Source of the DNA: a virus
Taxonomy: Duplodnaviria > Caudoviricetes
Virus record (IMG/VR): IMGVR_UViG_3300036859_000369
Coordinates: 1-63,656 of that record
Reading direction: 5' to 3' (one strand)
Length of the DNA stretch: 63,656 nucleotides
The number at the start of each line of letters is the position of its first letter. Within the stretch, counting starts at the first letter, position 1. The notes under the pieces are model-generated. The model was not told the DNA's origin. It saw only the letters and a program-made list of their open reading frames with translations, and ran no database searches. Positions 1-7,968 of the stretch are shown one piece after another. Position numbers and translations under genes: made by a program.

Positions 1-179
1 GCTGTCACAATCAACCCCTCGCACTGCATAAATGGTTTTCTATCCCTCAGACATGCTAGACACGTTTTCTTACCGGGCACTCTGGCTCTTTCGCTCGTCA
101 ACTTGAAACCGACAATCAAGTACCAGTGCCCATTCCGGCAGATATCAGATTTTGTCTGCCCCCTTTCTACGCGATCCCT
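1..179. repeat. Terminal direct repeat, left copy (circular overlap)
   Basis: Identical to 63478-63656 except for one mismatch (T127 vs G63604). Confidence 0.97.
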
Positions 180-530
180 CGCATTATCTAATGCCGTACC
201 CGGTTCAATATGACTCGGACGCACACACCCTATGCGCCCGTTATCACATTTATGGCGAGTATGATGTTTCCTGCCTTTGGGTTGCGGCCCATAATACAAC
301 CGACAGACAAACTGATGGGCGTATATCCGTTCCCTATGAACACTAAAAACTCCGTACCCGCGTCCGTTTGTTCCCGCTGTCCATATCCAGCACGGCCCGA
401 GATCCGGCCGAAGTGTCGGCAGCGGTCCATCCTTACGAACCTTGGACCAGAATAACGGGATGATCTGGTCATCCGGAATTCTCCGTCTGGAATACCCCAT
501 TAGCGCCGGGTCGCCCTTCCTACTTACCAT
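1..530 (-). CDS. HNH endonuclease, 5' part; continues across the junction to 63399
   Basis: Hand translation from ATG at 530 gives ...LFWSKVRKDGP...GPCWIWTAG...GYGVF...YAHQFV...RHKCDNGRIGCVRPSHIEPGTALDNARD...CRNGH; it joins in frame with ORF 63399-63596. Confidence 0.85.
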   Translation of the reverse strand, partial: MVSRKGDPALMGYSRRRIPDDQIIPLFWSKVRKDGPLPTLRPDLGPCWIWTAGTNGRGYGVFSVHRERIYAHQFVCRLYYGPQPKGRKHHTRHKCDNGRIGCVRPSHIEPGTALDNARDRVERGQTKSDICRNGHWYLIVGFKLTSERARVPGKKTCLACLRDRKPFMQCEGLIVT

Positions 531-859
531 CAGAATGCATCCGTGAGCGAATGCTGATTCTTTGGCTCCGATGCCTTGCGTGCCATCTTACGTCGTTCTT
601 GTGCTATTTCCATTTGGACCGATAGCCAGTGCGAGCACACGCCACCGTGATACTCGAATCCGGGGCAGCTACACCACGTCTCCATGGTCTGGTAGACGAG
701 TGGGCGCCCTTCTGCATCCTTTTTGCTCGACGCGAACGTAATCACGTACCGGGTCGGACGGCCAGCGACCCGCACGTGCAACCGTACCCAGGTGGCCCGT
801 TCTTCGTAATGCTTCAGCGCGGATGCCAGCATCGATGGGGTGTAGGTCCGCTTCGCCAT
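530..859 (-). CDS. SWIM-type zinc-finger protein
   Basis: CSCP...CSH motif; start overlaps the upstream stop. Confidence 0.65.
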   Translation of the reverse strand: MAKRTYTPSMLASALKHYEERATWVRLHVRVAGRPTRYVITFASSKKDAEGRPLVYQTMETWCSCPGFEYHGGVCSHWLSVQMEIAQERRKMARKASEPKNQHSLTDAF

Positions 860-1125
860 CAGTCCGGCCCCCAGTTGATATCTTCGTACCGGAGCAGTGG
901 TTTCGGCAGTCGCACGCGGTTGACCTTGCCGACCTTGACGCGCGACAGATGCGATTTCTCCTGGCCCGGCACGTGGGGGTACCCGAGATCGCAAGTGTCC
1001 GCGCCCGTGCATCCTGTCTTGACCACAACAATCGTTTTGTTGGGCAGCTCGTGGACAGTACCGCGCCGGATACCAATGCCGTCTATCACAACGTCTACTT
1101 CGTCGCCTACACTCAATTTCGCCAT
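859..1125 (-). CDS. Hypothetical protein
   Basis: Coupled start/stop overlaps on both sides. Confidence 0.6.
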   Translation of the reverse strand: MAKLSVGDEVDVVIDGIGIRRGTVHELPNKTIVVVKTGCTGADTCDLGYPHVPGQEKSHLSRVKVGKVNRVRLPKPLLRYEDINWGPD

Positions 1126-1457
1126 CACTCGTGCCCCCCTAGACACTTGCCCATCCCGTGACACCGACCAGCACAGCGACAGTCACAGGACCGCTTGCCG
1201 CTCGTGCAGGCGCCGCCACATGCCTTTGGCGCCACGCCGTACCCGTTGCGCTTGACCAGTTGAATCGTCCGCACGTTGGACAGGACCGTCTTGACAAACG
1301 ATGGCATCCCGTCTGGCCGCGTTCGCTTCGTCTTGCAGCAGATCCCGCAGACCGTCGCGGCGGACCCGTCGTCCAGGTTTGTCCGGAATGTCTGTTCGAT
1401 CGCCTGACCGTGAATCGGGCAGTCCCCGAACGTCTTGTAACCGGTCGTCGTTGCCAT
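1125..1457 (-). CDS. Cys-rich hypothetical protein
   Basis: First gene after the promoter at 1493; CPIHG, CGIC and CDCRCAGRCHG motifs. Confidence 0.65.
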   Translation of the reverse strand: MATTTGYKTFGDCPIHGQAIEQTFRTNLDDGSAATVCGICCKTKRTRPDGMPSFVKTVLSNVRTIQLVKRNGYGVAPKACGGACTSGKRSCDCRCAGRCHGMGKCLGGHE

Positions 1458-1492
1458 CTGCGTGCCCCCGTGCGGTGTTCCTGTCTGATATG

Positions 1493-1521
1493 AATATACC
1501 ACGGTGGTATTGATCTGTCAA
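1493..1521 (-). promoter_or_regulatory. sigma70 promoter P1 with operator palindrome in the spacer
   Basis: TTGACA-17-TATATT with extended -10 TG; ATACCACCGTGGTAT palindrome. Confidence 0.85.
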
Positions 1522-1564
1522 GGGGTTTCCGGGGGAATTTCCAGAATTCCCCCGGATTCGTCAG

Positions 1565-2143
1565 TCAGAAGGCGAGCTCAGGATTGAGGAATGCTGTATC
1601 CTGGTCACTCTGTTGGGTGTCTGCGATATCGTCCAGCAACATGTCGCCGTAGCACCCGGGGTGCCGCGCGCCATCACCGTAAGCGATCGTCTTGCCCTTC
1701 GAGATATCGCCGGCGCAGTAGCGGCAGGAACCGTTATAGGCGCTCGTCATGATCTTGGGGGCACGACGACTCATCGGGGGAATCTGGCAGCCGATCCCGG
1801 CCAGGATGCGGGACTCTTCGTCCAGTCGTGTGGCTGCTTCCTTTTCCTGACGCGCTTGCTTCCGTACAGCATCTCTCTCGCGTGCGACGGCCCGCTTCGC
1901 TTCCTGCGCGGCGACTTCATCAGGTGTCCCGGGCACAGCGACCATACCGGCCCCCATGCACCCGTAGCACTTATCCATATCCATCAAGTTGAAGGAATAC
2001 CGACCACATCCGCCGCAACGTCCACAGGTCCGGAGGGTATATGTCTGGCCGTTGCTTGTGAAGAATTCTCGCCCGGCCTGTTCACACTGTCGGACCGTTG
2101 CTGCCGTAACGAGCTTTGCGCCACGCACCCCTGTCGTTGCCAT
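1565..2143 (-). CDS. Hypothetical protein with DnaJ-like CxxCxGxG zinc finger
   Basis: CGRCGGCG and CYGCMGAG; GGAGG RBS. Confidence 0.7.
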   Translation of the reverse strand: MATTGVRGAKLVTAATVRQCEQAGREFFTSNGQTYTLRTCGRCGGCGRYSFNLMDMDKCYGCMGAGMVAVPGTPDEVAAQEAKRAVARERDAVRKQARQEKEAATRLDEESRILAGIGCQIPPMSRRAPKIMTSAYNGSCRYCAGDISKGKTIAYGDGARHPGCYGDMLLDDIADTQQSDQDTAFLNPELAF

Positions 2144-2176
2144 GTCATTGCCTCCGTAGTGATGTGCTGTACCTAG

Positions 2177-2205
2177 AATATACCACCATGGTATGTAGGT
2201 GTCAA
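2177..2205 (-). promoter_or_regulatory. sigma70 promoter P2 with operator
   Basis: TTGACA-17-TATATT; ATACCATGGTGGTAT. Confidence 0.85.
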
Positions 2206-2260
2206 GGGTTTTTCGCGGCAATGTCTGGAATTCACCACAATCGGGTCATTCTGAAATGAC

Positions 2261-2298
2261 AGAAACCCCCCATCAGGTGCACCTGATGGGGGGTTTCT
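2261..2298. terminator. Perfect 38-bp palindrome, probable terminator ending the late/ncRNA region
   Basis: agaaaccccccatcaggtg|cacctgatggggggtttct. Confidence 0.65.
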
Positions 2299-2317
2299 CA
2301 ACAATGGGGGTGTCCTG

Positions 2318-2395
2318 TGGAAGTGTCGGGCCGGCAGGGGATTTCAGCCCGCGTCATCCGCCGAAGCGGCGCTCTCGTCTGAACTACAACCCGAC
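2318..2395 (-). ncRNA. tRNA-like RNA with a UUCG tetraloop in place of the anticodon loop
   Basis: Acceptor-like stem GTCGGGTTG/CGGCCCGAC, TA-GTTC..GAGC D-arm, CCGC-TTCG-GCGG hairpin, degenerate T-arm; own promoter upstream. Confidence 0.55.
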
Positions 2396-2401
2396 CTTGT
2401 C

Positions 2402-2430
2402 AGTATAGCAGCGGCCCCCGCATTCTGCAA
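2402..2430 (-). promoter_or_regulatory. sigma70-like promoter for the tRNA-like RNA
   Basis: TTGCAG-17-TATACT with extended -10 TG, ending 6 nt upstream of the stem. Confidence 0.6.
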
Positions 2431-2564
2431 TACGGGGGCCGGCGTTCCATGGTCTGGATGGCTGGTAGCTGTTACTGTCGTCTACCCCGGCGCATGGCCG
2501 TTGTCACCCCCTCTGCACTCTCAGCCAACGACCTGTTGGCATGGCGTCTCTGGGAGACTCTTGT

Positions 2565-2593
2565 AGTCTAGCACGAGCCGCCCATGTCGTCAA
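2565..2593 (-). promoter_or_regulatory. sigma70-like promoter upstream of a second putative small RNA
   Basis: TTGACG-17-TAGACT with extended -10 TG. Confidence 0.55.
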
Positions 2594-2724
2594 CGGGGTG
2601 TACGCAGATACCGCCAGATGGACGCGAGTCCGCACAGAAACAAGCAGGGTATCGCAATCGCCAGGGCTGCCAGGATCTCGGCATCGGTATCATCGATCCA
2701 TGGTCGCCGTTCCCGTGTCGCCAT
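2590..2724 (-). CDS. 44-aa single-TM protein next to the endolysin (possible lysis accessory)
   Basis: Hand translation MATRERRPWIDDTDAEILAALAIAIPCLFLCGLASIWRYLRTPR; G-rich RBS. Confidence 0.5.
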   Translation of the reverse strand: MATRERRPWIDDTDAEILAALAIAIPCLFLCGLASIWRYLRTPR

Positions 2725-2736
2725 CCGATCCCCCCG

Positions 2737-3363
2737 TCAGGCAGCTTGCAGTGCGTGAATCGACATGATGTAATCGTCCCACCCGGTCAATCCGCCATTG
2801 ACGAGGATGCGGGTATTCTCCCAATCCCCCAGCCGGGCCGCATCCGGGATGCCATAACCTGACTGGTACCGGTGATGTTGGAAGTACAACGCCAGTACGG
2901 CCGCCGATACGTCGTTCAGCAGTGCGTCATCAGGCCGGGCGATCAAGTCCACGCCCCGACCCAGGAGCGCGCTCGTCATCTCGCCGTATGTCCGGTAGTT
3001 ACCCGCATGGGTCAATTGGATCAGTCCTCGCCCGAACCACGGCCAGTACCAGAGGTTATTCCGTCGCCAGGTTTCGGCTGGCTCCGGTTCTCCCAGGTAG
3101 TACGCCTCACGGACAGGCCAGAATGCCCCGGCTTCAACGCCAATCGTCGCTAGTGCGGCAATCTGCACCGGTCGATCCGCGATCCCCAATCCGTGCAACG
3201 CGGATACCACGAGCGGCCACTGTATCTCGACGTTGACAAGGGGCGATCCGAGAATCCGGCTGATGGTCCGGGCATCCCAGAATTCCCATGGATTGCCGAT
3301 CGGATCGGGTGGAACGAGTTGCAGTCGTCGTCGTTGCTGTTGGATGATAGCCGCACGCATCAC
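2737..3363 (-). CDS. Endolysin, glycoside hydrolase family 19-like
   Basis: ATIGVEAG, FGRGLIQLTHAGNY and ILVNGGLTG motifs. Confidence 0.85.
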   Translation of the reverse strand: MMRAAIIQQQRRRLQLVPPDPIGNPWEFWDARTISRILGSPLVNVEIQWPLVVSALHGLGIADRPVQIAALATIGVEAGAFWPVREAYYLGEPEPAETWRRNNLWYWPWFGRGLIQLTHAGNYRTYGEMTSALLGRGVDLIARPDDALLNDVSAAVLALYFQHHRYQSGYGIPDAARLGDWENTRILVNGGLTGWDDYIMSIHALQAA

Positions 3364-3463
3364 CAGGTACCCCTGGTTGCCCCTGTGCGCAACATAGGAC
3401 GCTCCGGACGACTGTCAGGCTGTTCTGATGCACCCGGCTGTTTCAGGCCGTTTCTCGTCAATC

Positions 3464-4558
3464 TCATGCCAGTCGTTCCACGGCCGTCCCGTTCCACCGG
3501 AGCATGGCCGACGCAAACGCCTGACGGGTCGGACCACCCCCTTCCGGGATCTCGTGGCCGAGTGGGCTGCCGATCTCGGCGTAGTGCTCGCGCCAATAGG
3601 TCGGTATCGCCCAGGTGTGAATGGTAGCGTTGTACTCCAGGGTTGGCGCAATCGCGGTCCATGCTTGCCGCCACATCTCCAGCTCGGCCGCTTCGGGAGT
3701 CTCGGGCACCTTCGGCGGCTCCGGGATTTCGCCACCACCATCAGGAGTCGGCAACGGCACCGGGATAGCGAGTGTGGACGCGAAGGCGTACGCATCGGCC
3801 GATGGCTTCGGGCTACCATCGTTGCGATACAGCCCGAAGCCATCCACCATGTCGTCAGTCATGCAGAACCACTGCACGGCGATGATGTCGGTCCGCCGGG
3901 CCATCGCGTTGCACATCCGCTCGACATACTGCCCCTGGAACGCTTCGTCAACTTCCTGCGTCGAGAGTCCGATCTCTGTCACCATGATCGGCTTGCCATA
4001 GGCGGCGTAACCGTCGATCAGATCTCCGATATACCCAGTACCCCAGGTGGGTGACGGCCAGTTTGGTTCTGGTCGCTTTCCATACGGATGGACACCTACA
4101 ACGCTCATCCACGAGAGATCCTGGCCGTCTAGCCAGGATGGTTGCCCCGAGACCAGTCCGCCGCAGATGATCGTTTTCCCTGGCAGTCCCGCACGGGCTG
4201 CCTTGCCCATCGTCTGGAAATCCGCTTTGCTCATGCTCCAGGACGACGGGGACACATGGTCCGGCTCGTTCCCCACGATCCACGCGACCGCGTAGCGGTC
4301 ATACCTGGTGGCGTAGACGGTGATCGCTCGACCGGTTGATGCCGCGATATGCGCCGAATCGACCGGTCCGAACGCCTCGATGCTCAGACGATCCAAGAGC
4401 AGTAACGGATAGATATCATGCGCGAGATAGTCCGCCAATGTGCCGCCAACGTCCTCGTCACGACGGGCAACAACGATCGCCCACCGTGCCCCGATATGCG
4501 CTAGCGATGCACCGGTTGTTCCGCCATCTTCGCGGACATTCATACCAAGGGTTGCCAT
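3464..4558 (-). CDS. Clan GH-A (TIM-barrel) glycoside hydrolase with a C-terminal putative cell-wall-binding segment
   Basis: GNEPD acid/base, VHPY, MVTEIG nucleophile, FGLY; Pro-rich linker followed by IGSPLGHE...RQAF. Confidence 0.75.
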   Translation of the reverse strand: MATLGMNVREDGGTTGASLAHIGARWAIVVARRDEDVGGTLADYLAHDIYPLLLLDRLSIEAFGPVDSAHIAASTGRAITVYATRYDRYAVAWIVGNEPDHVSPSSWSMSKADFQTMGKAARAGLPGKTIICGGLVSGQPSWLDGQDLSWMSVVGVHPYGKRPEPNWPSPTWGTGYIGDLIDGYAAYGKPIMVTEIGLSTQEVDEAFQGQYVERMCNAMARRTDIIAVQWFCMTDDMVDGFGLYRNDGSPKPSADAYAFASTLAIPVPLPTPDGGGEIPEPPKVPETPEAAELEMWRQAWTAIAPTLEYNATIHTWAIPTYWREHYAEIGSPLGHEIPEGGGPTRQAFASAMLRWNGTAVERLA

Positions 4559-4644
4559 CAGATACCCCCATACACCGATCCTGCACAGTCTACCATATCG
4601 ATCGTCATTTCAGAATGACGTGTCGTCAGATCGGGGTGCCCGTA

Positions 4645-5451
4645 TCAGCCAAACGCGACATATCCGTACGTGATGCCGGATGTATTCGTATCGTCTGAGG
4701 CACCGACAACAAATCCAGCAGCATCACAGGCGGCAACCAGGGCCGGTGTATTGATGCCCGGAGAGCCCTGTATATGCACCATGTTATTAGCCGCCGTTGT
4801 ACTGGTGAGTATGGCGTGTTTGAGGAGTCCGCCACTGGTCCAATAGAGAGCAACGAATTTACACACAAATCCGGGGCTGATCGCGCGTGACCCGGCATTA
4901 TTCCCCGCGTAACTACTCGATACATATTTAGGGTAACTGGCGATAGCTACCCCGCCGATTGACGTCGTCACGTTCCCGGCGTTCGTAGCCGTCGTCGCGC
5001 TCGTCGCACTGTCCGCCGTGGATGCGTGGCCGGCCGTTGTGGCGTTGACCGCGTTTGTGGCCGTTGTGGCGTTGACCGCGTTTGTGGCCGTTGTGGCGTT
5101 GACCGCCGATGCAACCGACAGTGTGGCCGGGTTCAGCCAGGCGAGTGCGGCGCCGGCCATCCCCAAGAGATACCCGGCTGTTCCGACACCAGGACTCAAC
5201 TTGCCAGCCGTCACGCCCAGGTCAGCAAGCAGAACGGTGGTGATCGCACCCGGCGCTATCGCATCGGAAGGGACTTTCTGCCAGGATGTGCCGGTGGTGG
5301 ATGTAGAAACGACGACGTAGCTTGACCCCGGTGGATCAGCGTTGCCTGTCAAAATGCGTAACCACCGGATCGGGTCTAGCAGATTCGTGACCGCATAGGC
5401 GACGGTGATAACCGTGCCCCCAACGGGGTCAGCCGGTGTACCGTAGGCCAT
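4645..5451 (-). CDS. Tail fibre / receptor-binding protein
   Basis: A/T/G-rich with ATTATNAVN repeats; end of the tail module. Confidence 0.7.
   Translation of the reverse strand: MAYGTPADPVGGTVITVAYAVTNLLDPIRWLRILTGNADPPGSSYVVVSTSTTGTSWQKVPSDAIAPGAITTVLLADLGVTAGKLSPGVGTAGYLLGMAGAALAWLNPATLSVASAVNATTATNAVNATTATNAVNATTAGHASTADSATSATTATNAGNVTTSIGGVAIASYPKYVSSSYAGNNAGSRAISPGFVCKFVALYWTSGGLLKHAILTSTTAANNMVHIQGSPGINTPALVAACDAAGFVVGASDDTNTSGITYGYVAFG
5032..5106. repeat. 27-bp coding tandem repeat (about 3 copies) in the tail fibre
   Basis: ggccgttgtggcgttgaccgcgtttgt repeated. Confidence 0.85.
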
Positions 5452-5453
5452 TG

Positions 5454-6032
5454 CTACACTCCCAGCATGCGGCGGAATCGGTTGAGGGTATCCCGTGGCG
5501 CCGCCCGACCGTGGATCACGGCTGATGGCGGGAATGGCGCGACGCCTTCATCCAGGAACGGCCCATGCACCGGACCCAGACGGACACCGTCCAGGTCCGG
5601 GACCGGATCGCCATGAGCCCAATTCTCGGCCATCAGCATCTCAACTGTTTCGCCCGGTGACCAGTTGCGATCGGCTGGATTGCCTCGACACGACAAGACC
5701 GCTTCGATCTCTCGACGCTCTCCTTCGCCTGGCACGACGATCCAGCGCCAGCCGCCGCCCCAGGCCCGGTTGCCGCACCGGACGCACCAGCCGAGCGGGC
5801 TGTCCAGGAAGACGACGCAGCCGGGCGTTGGAAGGCCCTTCGCGCCGCACGAGCACGAGGCGATCCACATGCCGTGATTGACGCGGGCCACCAGCGGGGC
5901 GGCCGTCAGGACGACGTGGTCCATCGGCGGGATCTCGGCCTTCGGGTAGCAGGTCAGCAGGTAGGCCCTGAGATCGTCGACCGGCGTGGTCAGGCTGGTC
6001 GCCGCGATGGCCCGCCCGTCCTGGATCATCAT
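5454..6032 (-). CDS. Tail-module hypothetical protein with Cys pairs
   Basis: ARVNHGMWIASCSCG...CVRCG...RNWSPGE; ATGA overlap. Confidence 0.6.
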   Translation of the reverse strand: MMIQDGRAIAATSLTTPVDDLRAYLLTCYPKAEIPPMDHVVLTAAPLVARVNHGMWIASCSCGAKGLPTPGCVVFLDSPLGWCVRCGNRAWGGGWRWIVVPGEGERREIEAVLSCRGNPADRNWSPGETVEMLMAENWAHGDPVPDLDGVRLGPVHGPFLDEGVAPFPPSAVIHGRAAPRDTLNRFRRMLGV

Positions 6033-6619
6033 GACAGCCCCGATGGTCGGATGCGGATGTACTCGCCCGAGAGCATCCAATCGATCTCGCGGCTGGCCAG
6101 CCCGGTCACGGTGATGACGATGTCGTTGCCGCTCGCCGTGAGCGCGAAGGCCGTGGCCGCCACCGGAGACCCCGCCCCAGACGCGATGTTGCCGATCACG
6201 GTCTGTCCGATCACGCTGGCTCCCCCGTTCAGGCGCTGGACGACTGCCACCACCCAGACCGTCCGCTGGGCGCCGTTGTCGAGCGCGATGCCAGACGCAA
6301 CCATGCTGACGTTGAACTGCGACTGCGTCGGGAGCGTGGCACGGAACATCTCGGCCGACGTCGCCCCGCTGGTATGTGCGTCGCCACCAAGCAATCCTCT
6401 GGCCTGCTTCAGCACGACGGGCTGAGGCGCCGGCAGGGCCGCGATGGTCCCGTCTGCTGCGAGCGTGACGCCGCCGTTCGGCTGCGCAAGCGCGGCCCGA
6501 ATCGCCGTCGCCTGAGCGTCTTCGAGGTCGACGATCACACAGCCGTCGCGCTCGCCGAGTCCCTGGCCGGATTGGAGGACCAGGCGGTCGGAGGTCTGTA
6601 CCTGTGCCTGCATGCCCAT
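6029..6619 (-). CDS. Putative tail fibre-associated protein
   Basis: Beta-rich composition; position in the tail module. Confidence 0.6.
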   Translation of the reverse strand: MGMQAQVQTSDRLVLQSGQGLGERDGCVIVDLEDAQATAIRAALAQPNGGVTLAADGTIAALPAPQPVVLKQARGLLGGDAHTSGATSAEMFRATLPTQSQFNVSMVASGIALDNGAQRTVWVVAVVQRLNGGASVIGQTVIGNIASGAGSPVAATAFALTASGNDIVITVTGLASREIDWMLSGEYIRIRPSGLS

Positions 6620-6622
6620 CTC

Positions 6623-7225
6623 CTACCCGATCCGGATAGCCCTCATGTGGCTGGCGTTGTTGCCCTGGCTGGCCGTCGGCGTCGCAGCCAGGATCTTGCC
6701 GCTGGCCGACGTGAAACCCCGACAACTGATTTTGTAGGTGGTGGTTGTCCCCGGACTGACAACGCCGGCCAGGGTGATCGTCTCGTTGTAGTTCGCGCCG
6801 CCTATGGTCACCTGATCCGAGCTCTCCACAGTCGTGCCATCCCAGAGCTTCGCGATGACGCCGGCAAGGCCCGCAGTGTCCGTGACTAGCACCGTCCCCA
6901 CGATGAGCCACGTGCCGGCCGCCAGAGACACGCTCGGCCCGTCGAAGAAATTGGCGATGTTGTTCAGCGCGACGTCGGCCGCGAGATCCGCCTTGGCGGT
7001 CGAGAGGATGGGGTAGCCGAAGATCGTCGCCCCGGCTCCAGTGACCCGCAGGACGTGGCCGACCGTCGTGGGCACACTGGCGCCGATCCCGAGCTTCGTC
7101 TCCAGCGCCTCCGCAATGTCGTTGAGGGTCGAAATAACCACGTCAAGGAAGAGGCCAGTATCGTCGGTGAACGAGTCCTCACCCGGATTCGTCAGGCTGT
7201 CGAGGGCTCCCGGAAAATTGACCAC
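6623..7225 (-). CDS. Putative minor tail / fibre protein
   Basis: NFPGALD...EALETKLG N-terminus and beta-sandwich-like C-terminus; RBS. Confidence 0.65.
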   Translation of the reverse strand: MVNFPGALDSLTNPGEDSFTDDTGLFLDVVISTLNDIAEALETKLGIGASVPTTVGHVLRVTGAGATIFGYPILSTAKADLAADVALNNIANFFDGPSVSLAAGTWLIVGTVLVTDTAGLAGVIAKLWDGTTVESSDQVTIGGANYNETITLAGVVSPGTTTTYKISCRGFTSASGKILAATPTASQGNNASHMRAIRIG

Positions 7226-7334
7226 GTGTCACCCCTCCCTATACGCCCGCAACAGGTATACTGCGCAAATAAACACCCGGCGCCGCTAGAGACGGCCTGG
7301 GCTCGTCATCAGGGATACCTGGAGGATCTCCCCA

Positions 7335-7958
7335 ATGCCATCGAATCATACCACGCTCCTGTGCCGCTGTGGCTGTGGCGTGCGTGCACACACTGACACT
7401 GGGCTTGCTCGCGGCAAGAATCCATGCCTCGGCACCTTGTCGCAGCAGTTTATCGCCCGGACCCATAAGACTGCTGCGTGTTAGGGGTGGGTCGGGTCGC
7501 TGAAAGAACGCGGCAGTTACGGCCGATTCCTGGTCAATGGGCACTGGGTCCGCGCTCACCGCTATGCATGGACGCTGGCAACCGGCCAACCTGTCCCCGC
7601 CGGTTTTGATGTGCTGCATACGTGCGATGTGCGTCATTGTGTACGGAATGACAATCCTGGTATCTATGTCGTTCGCGGCATCGCTCGTCCCAGATTCGGT
7701 CACCTGTGGCTCGGCACGCACGCCGATAATATGGCTGACATGCATGCCAAAGGAAGAAACAGTCGGTATCGTGATCTGATCCCCCGCCCTGCAATCATCC
7801 CGAAGGTTGTCGGCAAGTTGACCCCAGATGATGTATGGGAAATCCGCCGACTGCTCACCGACAACGTCCCACACAGAAAAATCGTTGCGATATTCGGAGT
7901 TTCTAAAGGGCCAATCACCGCTATCTCTCGTGGGATAGTTTATAAGGATTGCACCTAA
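7335..7958 (+). pseudogene. HNH endonuclease interrupted by an in-frame TAG at 7482-7484
   Basis: GGAGG RBS at 7321 and ATG at 7335; ...KTAAC*GWVG...YGRF...RAHRYAW...VLHTCDVRHCVRN...HLWLGTHADNMAD. Confidence 0.75.
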
Positions 7959-7968
7959 TATTTGCATC

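Noticed and set aside
2144-2221. Shared N-terminal peptides such as MPRKTLDTYIPWWY / MPRKLLDTCIPPWY (also at 48162)
   Set aside because: These are translations of the repeated promoter cassettes, not real protein starts
2318-2395. Functional decoding tRNA
   Set aside because: No 7-nt anticodon loop and no TTC T-loop consensus
5454-6911. 485-aa ORF at full length, and the many long antisense/shadow ORFs in the track
   Set aside because: They overlap better-supported genes and are typical of high-GC DNA; only 5454-6032 is retained
7482-7484. Genome-wide amber recoding
   Set aside because: A single case; many well-supported genes terminate with TAG and I found no suppressor tRNA
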